From Schmidtea nova (Eukaryota): a stretch of DNA of 64,000 bases. The DNA is taken from the NCBI GenBank assembly GCA_044892505.1, contig CM097884.1, forward strand, positions 13,516,001 through 13,580,000. The letters are read 5' to 3'. The notes beneath the pieces were generated by a model that did no database searches, was not told the DNA's origin, and was given only the letters and a program-made list of their open reading frames with translations. The stretch's first letter is position 1; each line of letters opens with the position of its first letter. A program made the translations under genes and the position numbers. Shown here one piece after another: positions 27,899 through 40,610 of the stretch.

Positions 27899-29333
27899 GG
27901 CATAATCCTATTATAGTACGTTTAAAAAAAATAGTACGTTTTAAAAAAAATAGTAAGTTTTAAAAAAATAATATGTTTTAAAACTTAAAATATTGTAACG
28001 TAAAAATAACTAGGAACCGTATATTTTATGATTATAAATATTCAAATACAGTAATTTTAATTCACGAATAGTGTTCTAAAACATACTAATATCTCATTAA
28101 ATACACGAAATCTTTCACAAAATAACTAGGAAAATAACTAGGAAACGTATATTTTATAATTATAAATATTCAAATACAGTAATTTTAATTTACGAATAGT
28201 GTTCTAAAACATACTAATATCTCATTAACTACACGAAATCTTTCACAACTTCTTCGAAATAGAAACTCACCCAAATAACCCGCCAAATAATATTCTCGTG
28301 AACCATTCTGCATCCTTAGCTTCCTTTTTGCATGGGCCCATGTCGATTCAATATTCTGTGTATGCACCGATGGGTCATCAGATGATACAAAATTGACTGA
28401 ATGAATTACGACCGCATGTGAATAGTCATTTGAATTCTGAATTTGGCGGTAAGCAGCCCAGCCGTCAGATATTATTCTCGTTTCTGGTCTAATACGGGTA
28501 TTTATTATTCCCATCAATGTTTCCGCATTTCGATTAGGAATCTGTACTAGAAAACATTTCTTACTTATTCGTTCATTAGCACCGAATACCCAATTTTCCC
28601 CACGAAACCTTCCTCGATTGTACTTCCTCTTGAAGAAACAAGATTCATCGATTTCGACTTCGATGGCTACCCCTTTTTCATCAAGTCCACCCAATAAATC
28701 GTTGTATCTATCACTTGCCAAACAACAGATCTCTCTCAAACCCTTACATTTTTCCAGTAATTTATTCTTGTTGACTCTGACATCTTCATAAATTTCGTCT
28801 TGTGTCAAATTTTTTGTCCACAAAATATCAATCAATAGTTGCCCTTTAAAACTTAATTTACTTCCATCAAAATATGATTCTTTACGTACTGAAACTGTCT
28901 TCCGGCATGGTAAAGTACAACTCCATAAATAACCATCAATTACAGATTTCTTTTTAACCAATTTCATTTGTCCTCTGCATGTTTGGCACGTCTGGGTATT
29001 GGATATAAGACCATAACTTGACATCCATTCTAGAATTTCGAGCTGTGTTCGTTTAAAAACTTCATGAATGGTAGATGTTGTTATTCTGGTTGTTCGTATA
29101 TAGTTCAAATCATAAACAACAGGCGTGATTGTAGTTGTGTTGGTGTGTTTTGACATATGGATTAATTTTTTAAAAATACTAACTCAACAAAATAACAATT
29201 ATATTTGAATATTTATAATTATAAAATATACCTTTCCTAGTTATTTTTACGTTACAACGTTTAAAGTTTTAAAACGTATTATTTTTTTAAAACGTACTAT
29301 TTTTTTTAAAACGTACTTTAATAGGATTATGCC
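27899..29333 (-). mobile_element. Merlin (IS1016/IS1595-like) DNA transposon with ~150-bp TIRs
   Basis: Ends GGCATAATCCTATT / AATAGGATTATGCC, with internal AAAATAGTACGTTTT subrepeats. It encloses the transposase ORF. A TSD may be present but is imperfect (CAATTTGAC vs CAATTAATTGAC). Confidence 0.88.
28185..29156 (-). CDS. Merlin DDE transposase, uninterrupted 323-aa ORF
   Basis: Zn-ribbon CQTC...WSC..PC, then VEIDES, NWVFG, IISDGWAAY and VHTQNIESTW (D,D,E triad present). Confidence 0.9.
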   Translation of the reverse strand: MSKHTNTTTITPVVYDLNYIRTTRITTSTIHEVFKRTQLEILEWMSSYGLISNTQTCQTCRGQMKLVKKKSVIDGYLWSCTLPCRKTVSVRKESYFDGSKLSFKGQLLIDILWTKNLTQDEIYEDVRVNKNKLLEKCKGLREICCLASDRYNDLLGGLDEKGVAIEVEIDESCFFKRKYNRGRFRGENWVFGANERISKKCFLVQIPNRNAETLMGIINTRIRPETRIISDGWAAYRQIQNSNDYSHAVVIHSVNFVSSDDPSVHTQNIESTWAHAKRKLRMQNGSREYYLAGYLGEFLFRRSCERFRVVNEILVCFRTLFVN

Positions 29334-30309
29334 CAATTAATTGACATACAAAATAATGGATACACACATCTTTTAATGGAATTAAAAACAAATAATTTAC
29401 AAAATAAATAAATCAAACTATAAAGTTAAATTTATGAAAAATAAATAAATACTCACTTATTTATACTAATAAATATGTTTAAATCTTTAAATCATTATTT
29501 AAATAATAACATATGAGCGTCAGTAGATTTAGTATAAATAGACGCTGAAAAATCACAATCTAAACTTACTTTATATTAATTTTCAGTGAGTACAATTTTT
29601 ATTTCGCCAGCCAGTCGAGTGCGTAAGTATCTTTTTGTTTTTTTGTGATTGTAAAAATTTTCTATTTGTAATGTGTATTATTGTGAATTTGGAGTAAAAA
29701 ATATTTTGTTGCGTTTATTTACATTTATTTGCGGGTAAACGCTCATGAAATCCGGGGTAAAATCAGTAAGGTGGGTCTAGGTGGTTTCTTACCACGAGGG
29801 GATTCAGGAATGCGCCGATGCGGTGAATTTAAGCCAAATTCAAGTAGGAGAAAAGGGGATTTCACAAAGTTAAGATGTGATCATGTGAATAAACCGTGAA
29901 GACAGTAGATACGTAAGTACTTAAATCGGCAGCTGGAACTTGTAAGAGAGAATATAGTAAGAAGTAGTTTTTGCAACGAAGCTCACCTTCCAACTAGATT
30001 CTCACCACCGTGTACAGTACCAACATAGTTAGTTAGGGAATAACTATGGGTACACAAGTGAGATTGATTAACATTTAAGTTCCGGTATGGGTTGTGGTCA
30101 TACCTAGTAACCAATAATAATGTTATGACAATACCCATACTTCAAAAAAAAGATTAGTTCTTATACGTAAATCATTAGGACATTTTTGTATCAAGTCAAA
30201 AAACAAATATCCATTTTTATCAAATCCTTTTATCATAATCATTTTCATCATCGGCTCCCCTGTGTTAATACATTTTATTGAATTTTAATTTAAACATGTT
30301 GGATTGTAA

Positions 30310-30480
30310 TAATTCACATACAAATAAGGTTTCACCACTCCCGCCGGGTCATAGTATTGTGTTGTATGCAAATCTACAATGCATCAATGGAAGAACTTGC
30401 TCCCACGACTTCTAACGACAGCAATCAGTTCACACTTTGGTTGCCGAAATGCCAAAGGCGTATTATTCGGACATTTACAA
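30310..30480 (-). pseudogene. Ty3/gypsy integrase fragment
   Basis: KSWEQVLPLMHCRFAYNT resembles the integrase W...LP...FAYNT helix. Confidence 0.45.
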
Positions 30481-31181
30481 CACAAAGTAATTGTCGAAGA
30501 AGTCCAATATGTTATTTAAATACAAATTTATTTTAAAATACTTTCTTTTTTTTAATGTTTTATAATTTTTATGAATTTTGTCAAGTTATTGTTATTGTTC
30601 ACCATTCAATTGTCAGTATTTTGATAAAAAAAGATTTTTGAATTCGGACAATTTTAAAATTTTTGGAAATTGTGAGAGTCAACCCTTTTTACATGGTAAA
30701 ACATTTTCGGATGAGACAAATTTTTCATGTCATGATTTTTTACCCTTTTATGTTAGCCTTTAAATTCTCAGTAGATTGGTATTAAAATTATTGATTACTG
30801 ACCATTTTTAAATTTTTGGAAATTGTGAGAGTCAACCCTTTTTACGTAATAAATTGTCCGAGGACTTTAAATTCTCTATGTTTTTCTTAATTTGTTGAAA
30901 ATATTTCCAAAAAATAATAAATTTGAAAGTTTTTGAAAAAATTTGGAAAATAAAATTAAATAAAATTAAAGTTAAAAAAGTTATTTATAATATCATCGAT
31001 TATATAATAAAATACAAACATAAGTTGTTATATACTATATAGGGTATTACGCAATATGTAAAATGTTATATTTTTATAAACCCCCCTCCAAAACCTTTAG
31101 GTGATTTACTGTACAATTAACACGTATTTTATCCAGTTTATTGAAATGATATATTATTTTTCAAAGATAGAACAAACCTTA

Positions 31182-32752
31182 GTAGGTAGTTAGTGGCCCT
31201 CTAACTCACCCTTCCATAGAAAAAGTGAGTAAGCGGGCCGCAACGTTTTGACCTGGAATTTTTGTAAATGAAAACTTTGGTCGATCTTATGAACTTGAGT
31301 TAGACAAAAAACTCATAGTCGATCTTTTGTACAGGGAATTTTGGTCCTGATATTTTTTTATGGAATTTCCTACTCTCATATTTTTCTCTTGCAAAAATGG
31401 ACTCTCAGTATTTTGAACAGGAAACTTTGGTTCGGTTTTTTTAAGAGAAATATTTTGGTCGATCTTTTGAACGTGAGTCTGGGATTTTTGTACTGGATTT
31501 TCTACTCCCATATTTTCCTCGGACAAAAAGGGACTCTCAGTATTTTGAACAGAGAATTTCGGTCTCAATATTTTCTCTTAGAGAACTTTCGACTCGTATT
31601 TTTAAATATGCTTCTTTGGTTTCAGAGTTTAAATGACATAATATTTAAAATTTAATAAAAATGGGTAAAAATCGGGCAAATTCTGAGTTGAAATGACATA
31701 AAGTGAAAATTTTAAAAAGAAGTACGAAATTATTTAGGAAATCTGAGAGTAAATAAAATTTTAAAAATTAATTTTAAGTAAATATATTTAAAATATTTTA
31801 AGTAAATTATTTTTCGTGGCATAAAGGGACTCTGGAAATTTTGTCTGGGAATTTCCAAAAATTCGAAAATGGTCAGAATTCAATAATTTTTATACCAATC
31901 TACTGAGAATTGAAAGGAGAACAATAATGATCAAAATAGTAAAAAAATAATAATTTGACTCATTCCACCCAATTTTACAAGTAAAAAGGGTCAACTCCAA
32001 AAAGTTCAAAAATTTCAAAAAATGCTCAGAATAATTTTTCATATTTTGTCCTGGATTTACAACTCTCACACTTTCTAGGTTAATAAGGGACTCTGGTAAT
32101 TTTGAACTGAAATATAGATTTTAATGGTAAATAATAGAATGTGTAAATTTTTAAAACAAGTACAATATCATTAAATTATTTTGAATAGAATTTTCAACTC
32201 ATATATTTCTAGGGCAAAACGGAGCTCTTGTATTTTTGAACATAAATTTTATATAATGATTTAAGAAAATGGTGACCGAAAACCCCTGTTTAAAATCCCA
32301 GACATTAAAATCCAATACAAAATACTGAGACAAGAAATCCTATACAAAATATCAGGAAAAAAATCCCTGTTCAAAAGATTTACTATACAAAAGATCCGGG
32401 CCCAAAACATAGTGGCCCGCTAACTTACGTTCAAAAGATCAACCAAAGATCTCTGTACAAAAAACCCAGACTTAAAATCCTATTAAAAATCACAAAGTCC
32501 CCTTTTGCCTGAGAAAAATCTGAGAGTAGAAAATCCTGTACAAAATCTCAGACCATATATTTTCTGTCTAACTTACATTCAAAAGATCGACTAAAATTTT
32601 TTATACAAAAATATCGGCCATGAATTTTCTGTCTAACTCACATTTTTAAGATCGACCAAAAATTTCCTAAACAAAAACCACAGCTCAAAACGTTGTGGCC
32701 CACTAACACACTTTTCTAGGGGGGATGAGTTATCGGGCCACTAACTACCTAC
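31182..32752. mobile_element. Foldback-like element with long modular imperfect TIRs and TA flanks
   Basis: Termini GTAGGTAGTTAGTGGCCC / GGGCCACTAACTACCTAC with TA on both sides. The arms are built of subrepeats (GGTCGATCTTTTG, GGGACTCTCAGTATTTTGAACAG) and there is no coding capacity. Confidence 0.7.
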
Positions 32753-32757
32753 TAGTC

Positions 32758-33051
32758 TAGTGCTTCTCAACTAATTTAAAAGCGTGGAACACCATTCACA
32801 TGATTTTTTTACGCGGAACACTGACAAAAATTCACAAACGAACATATTATTTCATTTTTGAATAATGAAACGACTTTTGAACCATCTTCTATTAATAAAT
32901 GGTCTTAAAAATATTAAATATAAACGCACATTACCAAAAAAACAAATTTAAATTTGATGATATGTATCTTAAATGCAAATTTAAAGATAAATGTAGATTT
33001 TTTCGCGGAACACTGACAGCGGATTCACGGAACACGGGTTGAGAACCACTG
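32758..33051. mobile_element. hAT (Buster-like) MITE, copy B
   Basis: TIR TAGTGCTTCTCAAC / GTTGAGAACCACTG; perfect 8-bp TSD TACTAGTC. Confidence 0.9.
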
Positions 33052-33077
33052 TACTAGTCTCTATTTAAGGACTATAA

Positions 33078-33319
33078 CAAGGTGCTCATACTGCGATTCT
33101 TTGACATTTTTTGTGGCTCAATAGTTTAGCAAGTTTTAATTACTAATGTATTAACGTTAATGTAAGTAACAATAAATTTTTCATAAAAATTTTTAAAAAA
33201 ATTCATAAATTAACTATGGTAATAAAAATAAATTGAAGTTTAGAAAAAATCTTGCGGCTCTACAGTTTTTTACGATTTTCAAACATGGCTCCTCATACAT
33301 AAAGCTTTGAGCACCCTTG
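33078..33319. mobile_element. Small hAT-type MITE
   Basis: CAAGGTGCTCA / TGAGCACCCTTG termini; imperfect 8-bp flanks GACTATAA/GACTACAG. Confidence 0.55.
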
Positions 33320-34717
33320 GACTACAGTAAAAACTGATGTTAAAGTTGTCTTAAACATATTAACCCTTTATATACTTTTTATTAATTGCCCAAAATCAGT
33401 TTATAAGAATCGAAAATTAAATATTAAATCTGCTCTAATTGTTTATTGTGTCCAGTAATAATTTGTATTTCTAATTATTTTTTAGAATTAATCATTCAGA
33501 TTATTATTTCCTTGTTATTTGTAAGTACAAATTGAAGGGCCTTAAATATGTAAATGCAATTTAATATGTACTTGAGTAGATATTATTTCCACTTATTAAG
33601 AGGGAAACACTTCTACTTTGTCAAGCAATTCTAAGTCGACTCTTGTCCATGTAATATTCGATAACGCAAATTTCTTCAAGCATTAGAATTTGAAAATTTT
33701 GTTAACAGACATTTAAAGTGATTCACTGTTTATAAAAAAAATCAATAGAAAAGATTAAAAACATCGAATTTACACATCAAAATTATTAGATTAAATGAAA
33801 TCAGTACTGAAGGCGGAGTGGTTTTCGGATGGCATCTTGATTAAAGTAGTTTTAATGTGTTATTTAATGAAAATTCTAGAATTTTGAGTATGTCTCTTGG
33901 TGGCGGAGTGCTGAAGGTCTTGCGTCTGGTCATAAATTCATCGGGTCCGATTCTGTGTGAGATTCTGTTTCTTACATAGTAATGACGGAAGAAAGATAAG
34001 CTCAAAACTCACCTGCTAATAGAAATCGAATCGAAAATAATACAAAATACTTTTTTTTATATAACAAAGTCTTTGAAAAACCATAATCCATTTGATTCTT
34101 CAATCATTTATCCCCATGCCATGCCATTACATTAATTAAAGTTATTGGAATTAAATAAATGAATGCAGAATTATTACCTAAATATATATAATCCATTAAA
34201 ATAGGTTTAGAAATACAAACAAAATTAAAACAACTCATCAATCATTGTTAAAGAAGAAAAAAAGTCAATTTGAAAATTAAAGAATTTAAAATGACAGGCG
34301 AAGGATTAAAACTGATTAAAATTTATGAACTGACTGGTTTCCCCAAAGAAATACGAAATAGGAGAAAATCCCCTACGACGATTGATGGAGAACGTTTATA
34401 TTTAAACAAATAGAAAGGAGAAATTGTTTTTAAGCCATGTTGAAGAATTGCTACAATAATTTATAAAATAATCAAATATGTAAACTAATTTTGAAATGAA
34501 AATAAAATAATAGTATGTAATATTCAATGCCTAAAATGTTATAAATTAATGCTAAAATATATAAAATAATTTGTTAAAAAATAATGATCATATATTTATG
34601 ATAAAATATATAAAAAATATATGTAAAAAATAAATATGAGTTAAGTTGGTAACATAGGGAATGATAATATAACATCATGAAGAATATGTGAAATAATCCT
34701 GCAATGTAACAAATAAC

Positions 34718-36732
34718 CAGTGGCGGACTGGCTACTTATTCTCAGGGTTGCTGATGTACCTCAGGGGCCCGTAATTGCATGCAGGGTCACGAATTCTTTC
34801 TAAACAAATTTTACCTCTATGTTAAATTTACGTGAAAAATGACTTTTGTGCACACTATGGTAGTTACACACCAACATTGTAATATCATTTGATTACCCAT
34901 TAAAAAGAAAATGATTAGATAGGCTACTTATTAAATATTACAGCTCATTTAACACCAGAAAACAACACGTACAGTATGTGGAGCAAGTAACAGGCAGAAA
35001 TAAACAGGAGAAAATGTTAGTACAGTAAAGCACGTTTTAATTCGTTAGAACTTTTTGCAAGGTGGTCTATGATGACATCATGATCTATGGGGAAATTCTT
35101 CTCTTCTAAAGCAATCAACATTAGTGCTTCTAGGTGTGGTTGTCCAATCGTTGAGCGCAATCGACTTTTTATTATTTTCAATTTGCTAAATGAGCGTTCA
35201 CAACTGACCTGTGTACAGCTGTCATGACCATCTTATACACAATGTACAAATTTGTGTAGGAGGAAACAAATAAATTATGGAAATGGAGAGCTTTAAAAGC
35301 ACATACAAGACAGTTCTGACAAGGAATGTTACTTTTCAAGCATATATCTTGAGTGTGCTCGATATCTTCATCAAAATTCAATGGACTGCTAGCCTCATTA
35401 ACAGAAATTTCAGTTTGAAGGAAATTGCTGGACTGTATATCCCGGTAGCTGAGAGCAAACGAGACCAATTCATCACGCAAATCACACACATCTACATTCG
35501 CCATGCCTGCCAATTTTAAAAGAAGTGACGGATTTTCTTTGAGATAGGATTGGATGCTGTCAAACTTGTTCGGATCCAAAAGGCTTATGTCCATATACAG
35601 ATCCTTGTTGGCAGAAAATCTTGACTGGACTTGTGTAATTGCATTGTCAATTACACATTTAAAAGTGTCAATTTCAAATTTCCGGTTTGCAGAAAATGTG
35701 TATTCATTTTCGTCATCTGCTTCATAATTGAATTTCTTTGGTACACGATGTGGTCGGTGTGTATCATTTGCAACAAGACTTGAACTAGCACCATGTTCTC
35801 TCAGCAAATTGATTTGTTCGATGAACTTTACAGCTTTGGAGTGTATTTCATCAAACTTGTCTCGCATACAAAGTAAATGTCTTTCCAGATTGGTAATCAT
35901 ATTAAAGGCAGTCAAGATATCAAGACCCTTGGTCTGCAAGTATTTGGGTATGCAAGCTTGTGGGTATCAGATTGTTCATGCTTCTGCACTTTAGCGTAAA
36001 CATTTTTGACTGCTATCAAACAACCATCGTTTGCAAAAGGATGTTGAGCTGTCATATCGTCATCGAAACACATGCATAAAGAGCAATATAATTTAGAACT
36101 GATTGAATCCAATGAAAGCCATGTTCGGTTTACCTTCTCTCCATCGGATATTTGTCGATTATATAATCGAATAGTGTTTAAGGGTAAAGGCATATGTGGT
36201 TGTAATGGATGTTTGGCGATGAATTCCATCTTATGTACTAAGGAGGCGGATGAATGTGGTCGCTTAAACAAATCAATGGACATTGCTTCATGGTTGTCCT
36301 GTTCTTCAAAATGTTGCATTTGTTCTGATACAATTGCTCGTACAGAAGTTTGAGAGGATTTGACGATACCATTCTCATCATTTTCGACTTCTTGAGAAAG
36401 TATCAGTTCAGATGCTGGAAGCTGTTCCGACTGTTGTGACAGTCCAATAATAGATGGTAATATTGAGCTACATATGACAGGCTGTTGTGAATGCATGATA
36501 GAATTGATATCTATCGGTAACATTGATTCTTTGCTGATGGACTGACTTTCTGAATGTGATGGGTTGACTGTTTCTTCAGTGCTGGCTGTCCTGCACAAAT
36601 TAAAATAACATAAAACACACATAATGAAATAGGGCCTATATATGATTGCATGACTCACATGAAAAATGATAATTTTCTTTGTTTTGGATCACAAGCTAAC
36701 GCAACCCGGCAACCCGGGTCAGTCCGCCACTG
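34718..36732 (-). mobile_element. Internally deleted hAT transposon
   Basis: Perfect 13-bp TIR CAGTGGCGGACTG and perfect 8-bp TSD CAAATAAC. A TTF-type Zn-finger region (RTWL...LYCSLCMCF...HEQSDTH) is joined near 35950 to the C-terminal half (KYLQTKGLDI...; QVSCERSFSKLKIIKSRLRST). The catalytic core is missing. Confidence 0.92.
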
Positions 36733-36759
36733 CAAATAACAATAGCAAAACTATGATAA

Positions 36760-39330
36760 ATTTATATAAAATCTTGCAATATCCTTGCAATAGTATCTGC
36801 CTTATGATTAGGCATCGGATAAGCCTCTGGCCATTTGGTCAGATAATCACAAAATACTAAAATGTATTTGTATCGTTACACAATTTTACAGTGTCGTCTC
36901 TTTTTGCTACTACTACTAAAGGTGATGAATAAGGTGATATACTTGGCCTTATTAACCTGTATTTTAACATCAATTTAATCTGTTTATTTACTGGTTCTTG
37001 TAAATTTTGCGGAATACGGTATGGTCTGATTTTAATTGGTTTATTATCTGTTAATTTTACCTCGTTCTCTAAAATGTTTTCTTTTCTTAAATCATATTCA
37101 TGTTTAGCGAAAATTTGATCAGACTTACGAAGCAGTTTATTAACTTCTATATTCTGCCTTCTGGTATGGAGTTTACTATTGCAAACAGGTGCATCATAAT
37201 ACTCGATGTCCGGATCCTGTTAATCCTCTTGCATTATCATTACAGTTGAAATATCATCCTGATTTTTTACTTTTACTATTCTACCAATTTTTGTATCTGA
37301 ATATAGTCTCAATGACATCCTGTCTAGGTTAGTTAAATTGATTTGGATTCTACCATCTTTTATCGTAGCCACATTACTTGTCATAGGAGTGCCATATCTT
37401 GTTGCAAATACCTTATTTGGCTCGAAATTTACATCACCTTTTGCTTCCAGGTGAATCGCTAACAGACATATCGTTTCGATTCTTAGTGGTATTGTTACCA
37501 TTCGATCCAAGAATACTACATCAACATTTTATACTTTTCTCCTTTTTCCCGTAATCTTGACTAATTCGCCCTTGGCACAGTCAAATACTATATAGTTTAG
37601 CTTTTTCCAAAATATCCATTCAGATAACGCATTTTACCAAAAACATTGCCTTGTGACTTTGATGTTATGTCGAAATCTCTGATCGCATAACCTGATTTAA
37701 CAATCAAGTGTCCCAATTACTTTAATTGGTTGACTATTTGTTCCTGTGGCTGAGGTCAAATTTGGATTAATTGCTTGAATTTAGTTTTGATTTAGTAGAT
37801 ATGCTTCTATCATTGATAGATCTGAGCCAGAATCAATTAGCACATGCACCGTGTGACTGTTTACTTTAATTTTGATTATGGGTTTGTTTTCCAGGTTAAT
37901 TGATTTAACCGACAAATTGTTGACATTCTTAACAGATTTTCTCTCAATTTTTGTTCTTCGTTTTTAACCATACTATTCTTCAATTGTTCTAACGTGTTGA
38001 ATAGATAACTTGGTGTCTGATTGTTCCAGGCTAATTCCATTCGAGGTAAGGATTCTCCACTTTTCCTTCTTTTGCTGACAATTCGCCAAATTTCAAAGAC
38101 GTTTCTGGGTCTCAGTTTACCTTCCCAGGTATAAATTGTTTGTTTGATTGATAAGGCAGTGTATACTCCTCATAATGCTGAGTTTTTCTTCTCTTAGAAA
38201 ATTTAAAATTTTCGGATTTGTTTGAAAAAAAGATTTTTTTGAGTAGTCTAGGAGAGAATATCTTTTGGGCCTGGTTATCCTCTTGATTATTTCCCTCGTC
38301 CGAATTGTCATCGTCTCGATGACTATAATTATGATTTATTTCTCGTACTATGTCATGCTTGATTACATTTCTCTTTTTGATTTTTCTAATTTCTTTATGA
38401 TGAGGTCTGAATAATGCGAACTCTGCGCACATAGGGCACATCCCTAGAAGCAATTTCCAAGAATATCCTCCGATTTTGAATATGCTGTTTGTGTATATGA
38501 GTTGTGAAATTATAATTTTTACAATCATTATTATGGCGTATATGCCTGAACAGCCTGCTACAAATATGCCGAAGTTTGTAAATCTTCTCCAGAATTTCTT
38601 TATTACATTTTACGCTGCTGCTTTATAGTGTTCTGGTCCGAACAAAAGGTTATAATTTGGTTTACCATCTACTTCTCGATTTTTTTGAGTAGTCTAGGAG
38701 AGAATATCTTTTGGGCCTGGTTATCCTCTTGATTATTTCCCTCATCCGAATTCGTTCTAATTATTCCGTTACTCCCCTGTCTCTCACTTGAGGAAATATA
38801 ATACGTACCTTCGTATTCTCGAAGTTCTGCTACTAAATCTTTCACTTCCACAACATGATTAATCAGATTTTCCCTCTCAGCTTGGTACGTGCAAAACATG
38901 AACAGTCATCATCAATTGATCCTTCCGAAGTGATAGTTATCGCTAGTGCCTTTCTTACTTCGGCCGTAATAGTTACTTCGTCATGTATTTTAAGTGTTCC
39001 GGTTCGAAAAGCATTTTCACAATTGTTTGGTAGTATTGCTATAGATCTAGATAACAGTTTGGCTCTTAAGAACGCCGTATAGCTGTGTTTCCCACACCAA
39101 TATTCGAACGTTCTCTGAAAGTAGTTCTGTAAAGATCAGTCTGCTGATATACATGATATGAGACCTCTTTTCCTAACATCACCTTATCGATATATGCTTC
39201 CTTGCATTCTGTATCAACTAGTGAGTATATTCTACTCAAACTTGGATTGTTGTAATCATATGCTATTAGAGAATTCGCTGGCCGTAACATCCCCATAGTT
39301 ATTTGAAGCATTACTAATAGGTTTATGACA
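36760..39330 (-). mobile_element. Decayed env-bearing Ty3/gypsy relic: Env(N)-del-Env TM-protease-RT(N)-del-integrase
   Basis: LIAYDYNNP...YSLVD (39066-39311); DGKPNYNLLFGPEHYK...FWRRFTNFG...GIY (38500-38670); GYSWKLLLGMCP; protease VLIDSGS (DSG 37826-37834); RT start RPYRIP...SPYSSPLVVV; integrase KYILVFCDYLTKWPEAYP (~36800-36870). Confidence 0.82.
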
Positions 39331-40610
39331 AGGACAAGGCTACGACAATGGAGCCGACATGCGCGGAAAATATAATGGTGTTCAAGTCAGAATTCGTCAA
39401 CTAAATCCCCGCGCTTTTATCGTGCATTGTAGTGACCACTCTCTCAACTTGGTATTGAACGATGCAGCTAAAATAGTTGTGCGCGGGCTGTTGCATTATT
39501 TGATTAATTTCAAAGTATTTATAATTATTTCTCAGCATCAACTCACAGTTTGAGTGTATTATTAAACCACGTAAGCAATCTTACCGTAAAGCCGTTAATC
39601 CTTTCTAAGGTGGTGGCAATATACTGTACACCATTTTAAACTAATAAAAATATCTAAGTGTAACGCTGTCGGTAATCATTTTTACTTTTGGTACAACTAC
39701 TGACATATATTGAGCCACAAAAGCCTCTTTTGTTTTTTTCTATATTTTTATTTTTTTATGATCATTTGTAACTATATAATTATTATTAATAAACTTTGAG
39801 TTTTACATCACTTTTAGTTTCCTTTGCCTTAGAAAGGGTTAAGTGCCACTCGTTGGGAAAGTAGGTTAGATGCCATTTGGACGATTCGATTTCAGATTAT
39901 TGAGGTTTACTATGCACTACTTGAAATAGCAGAAAAACAACACTTTAACTACTCCACCACAAGTCAAAAGTCGCGTAGAGGCCAACGGAATAGCCAGAAA
40001 TATTTCAAACTTGAAATTTGCTTGCTTTTTGATATTGTGGTATGACATATTTTTCCAAACTAACATTGTCAAAAAAATGCTGCAATTGCAGACTTTAGAC
40101 TTGTCTGTGGCTTAAGAGCATTTATACGCTAGCTAATCTTTTCTATGAGATTATCGTTCTGATGAAGCATTTGCAAAAATGATCTAAAAGGGCTAAAGAA
40201 TTGGCGATTAAACTTGAAATCTTTGAAGGATTTTGTGAGGACGAACCCGTACGTGTTCGCAGAAAGAGTAGACAATTTGTTTACGAAGGTCGTGATGAAC
40301 TTATAGTAGCACCAGAACAAAACTTCAGAGTATGTTTTTAATTGAATGTTGGACATAGCAATTCAAGCTACAACTGAAAGATTTACTCAATTATAACAAT
40401 ATATCGAATTATTCTGGTTTCTGTACAATATTGACAGCAAAAAATATACTGATGACGAAGTATTGAAAAAATGTAAGGACTTGCAGTTAGCACTTACATC
40501 CGATGACCAATCAGATATCAACGGGGTCGAACTTTGGGTTGAAATTAAATCTATACGCGAACGACTTGATTCTTCACAAAGCGATCCAAAAAGTGTGTTG
40601 AAATATAAAA
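39330..40610 (+). pseudogene. hAT transposase core fragment (ZMYM/P52rIPK-like), truncated at both ends
   Basis: GQGYDNGADMRGKYNGVQ...FIVHCSDHSLNLV (catalytic D and CxxH-type motif), KPLSATRWESR and later SDINGVELWVEI. Confidence 0.85.
39599..39838. mobile_element. piggyBac-type MITE inserted in the hAT fragment
   Basis: TIR (T/C)CCTTTCTAAGG with TTAA on both sides. Excision restores the frame AAG CCG TTA AGT GCC ACT CGT TGG (KPLSATRW). Confidence 0.88.

Noticed and set aside
31287-31655. Repetitive ORFs on both strands
   Set aside because: They arise from foldback subrepeats and show no protein motif.
30590-32754. Possible CRISPR-like array of short repeats
   Set aside because: The repeats are degenerate, irregularly spaced and inverted, with no unique spacers or cas genes, in a eukaryotic context.
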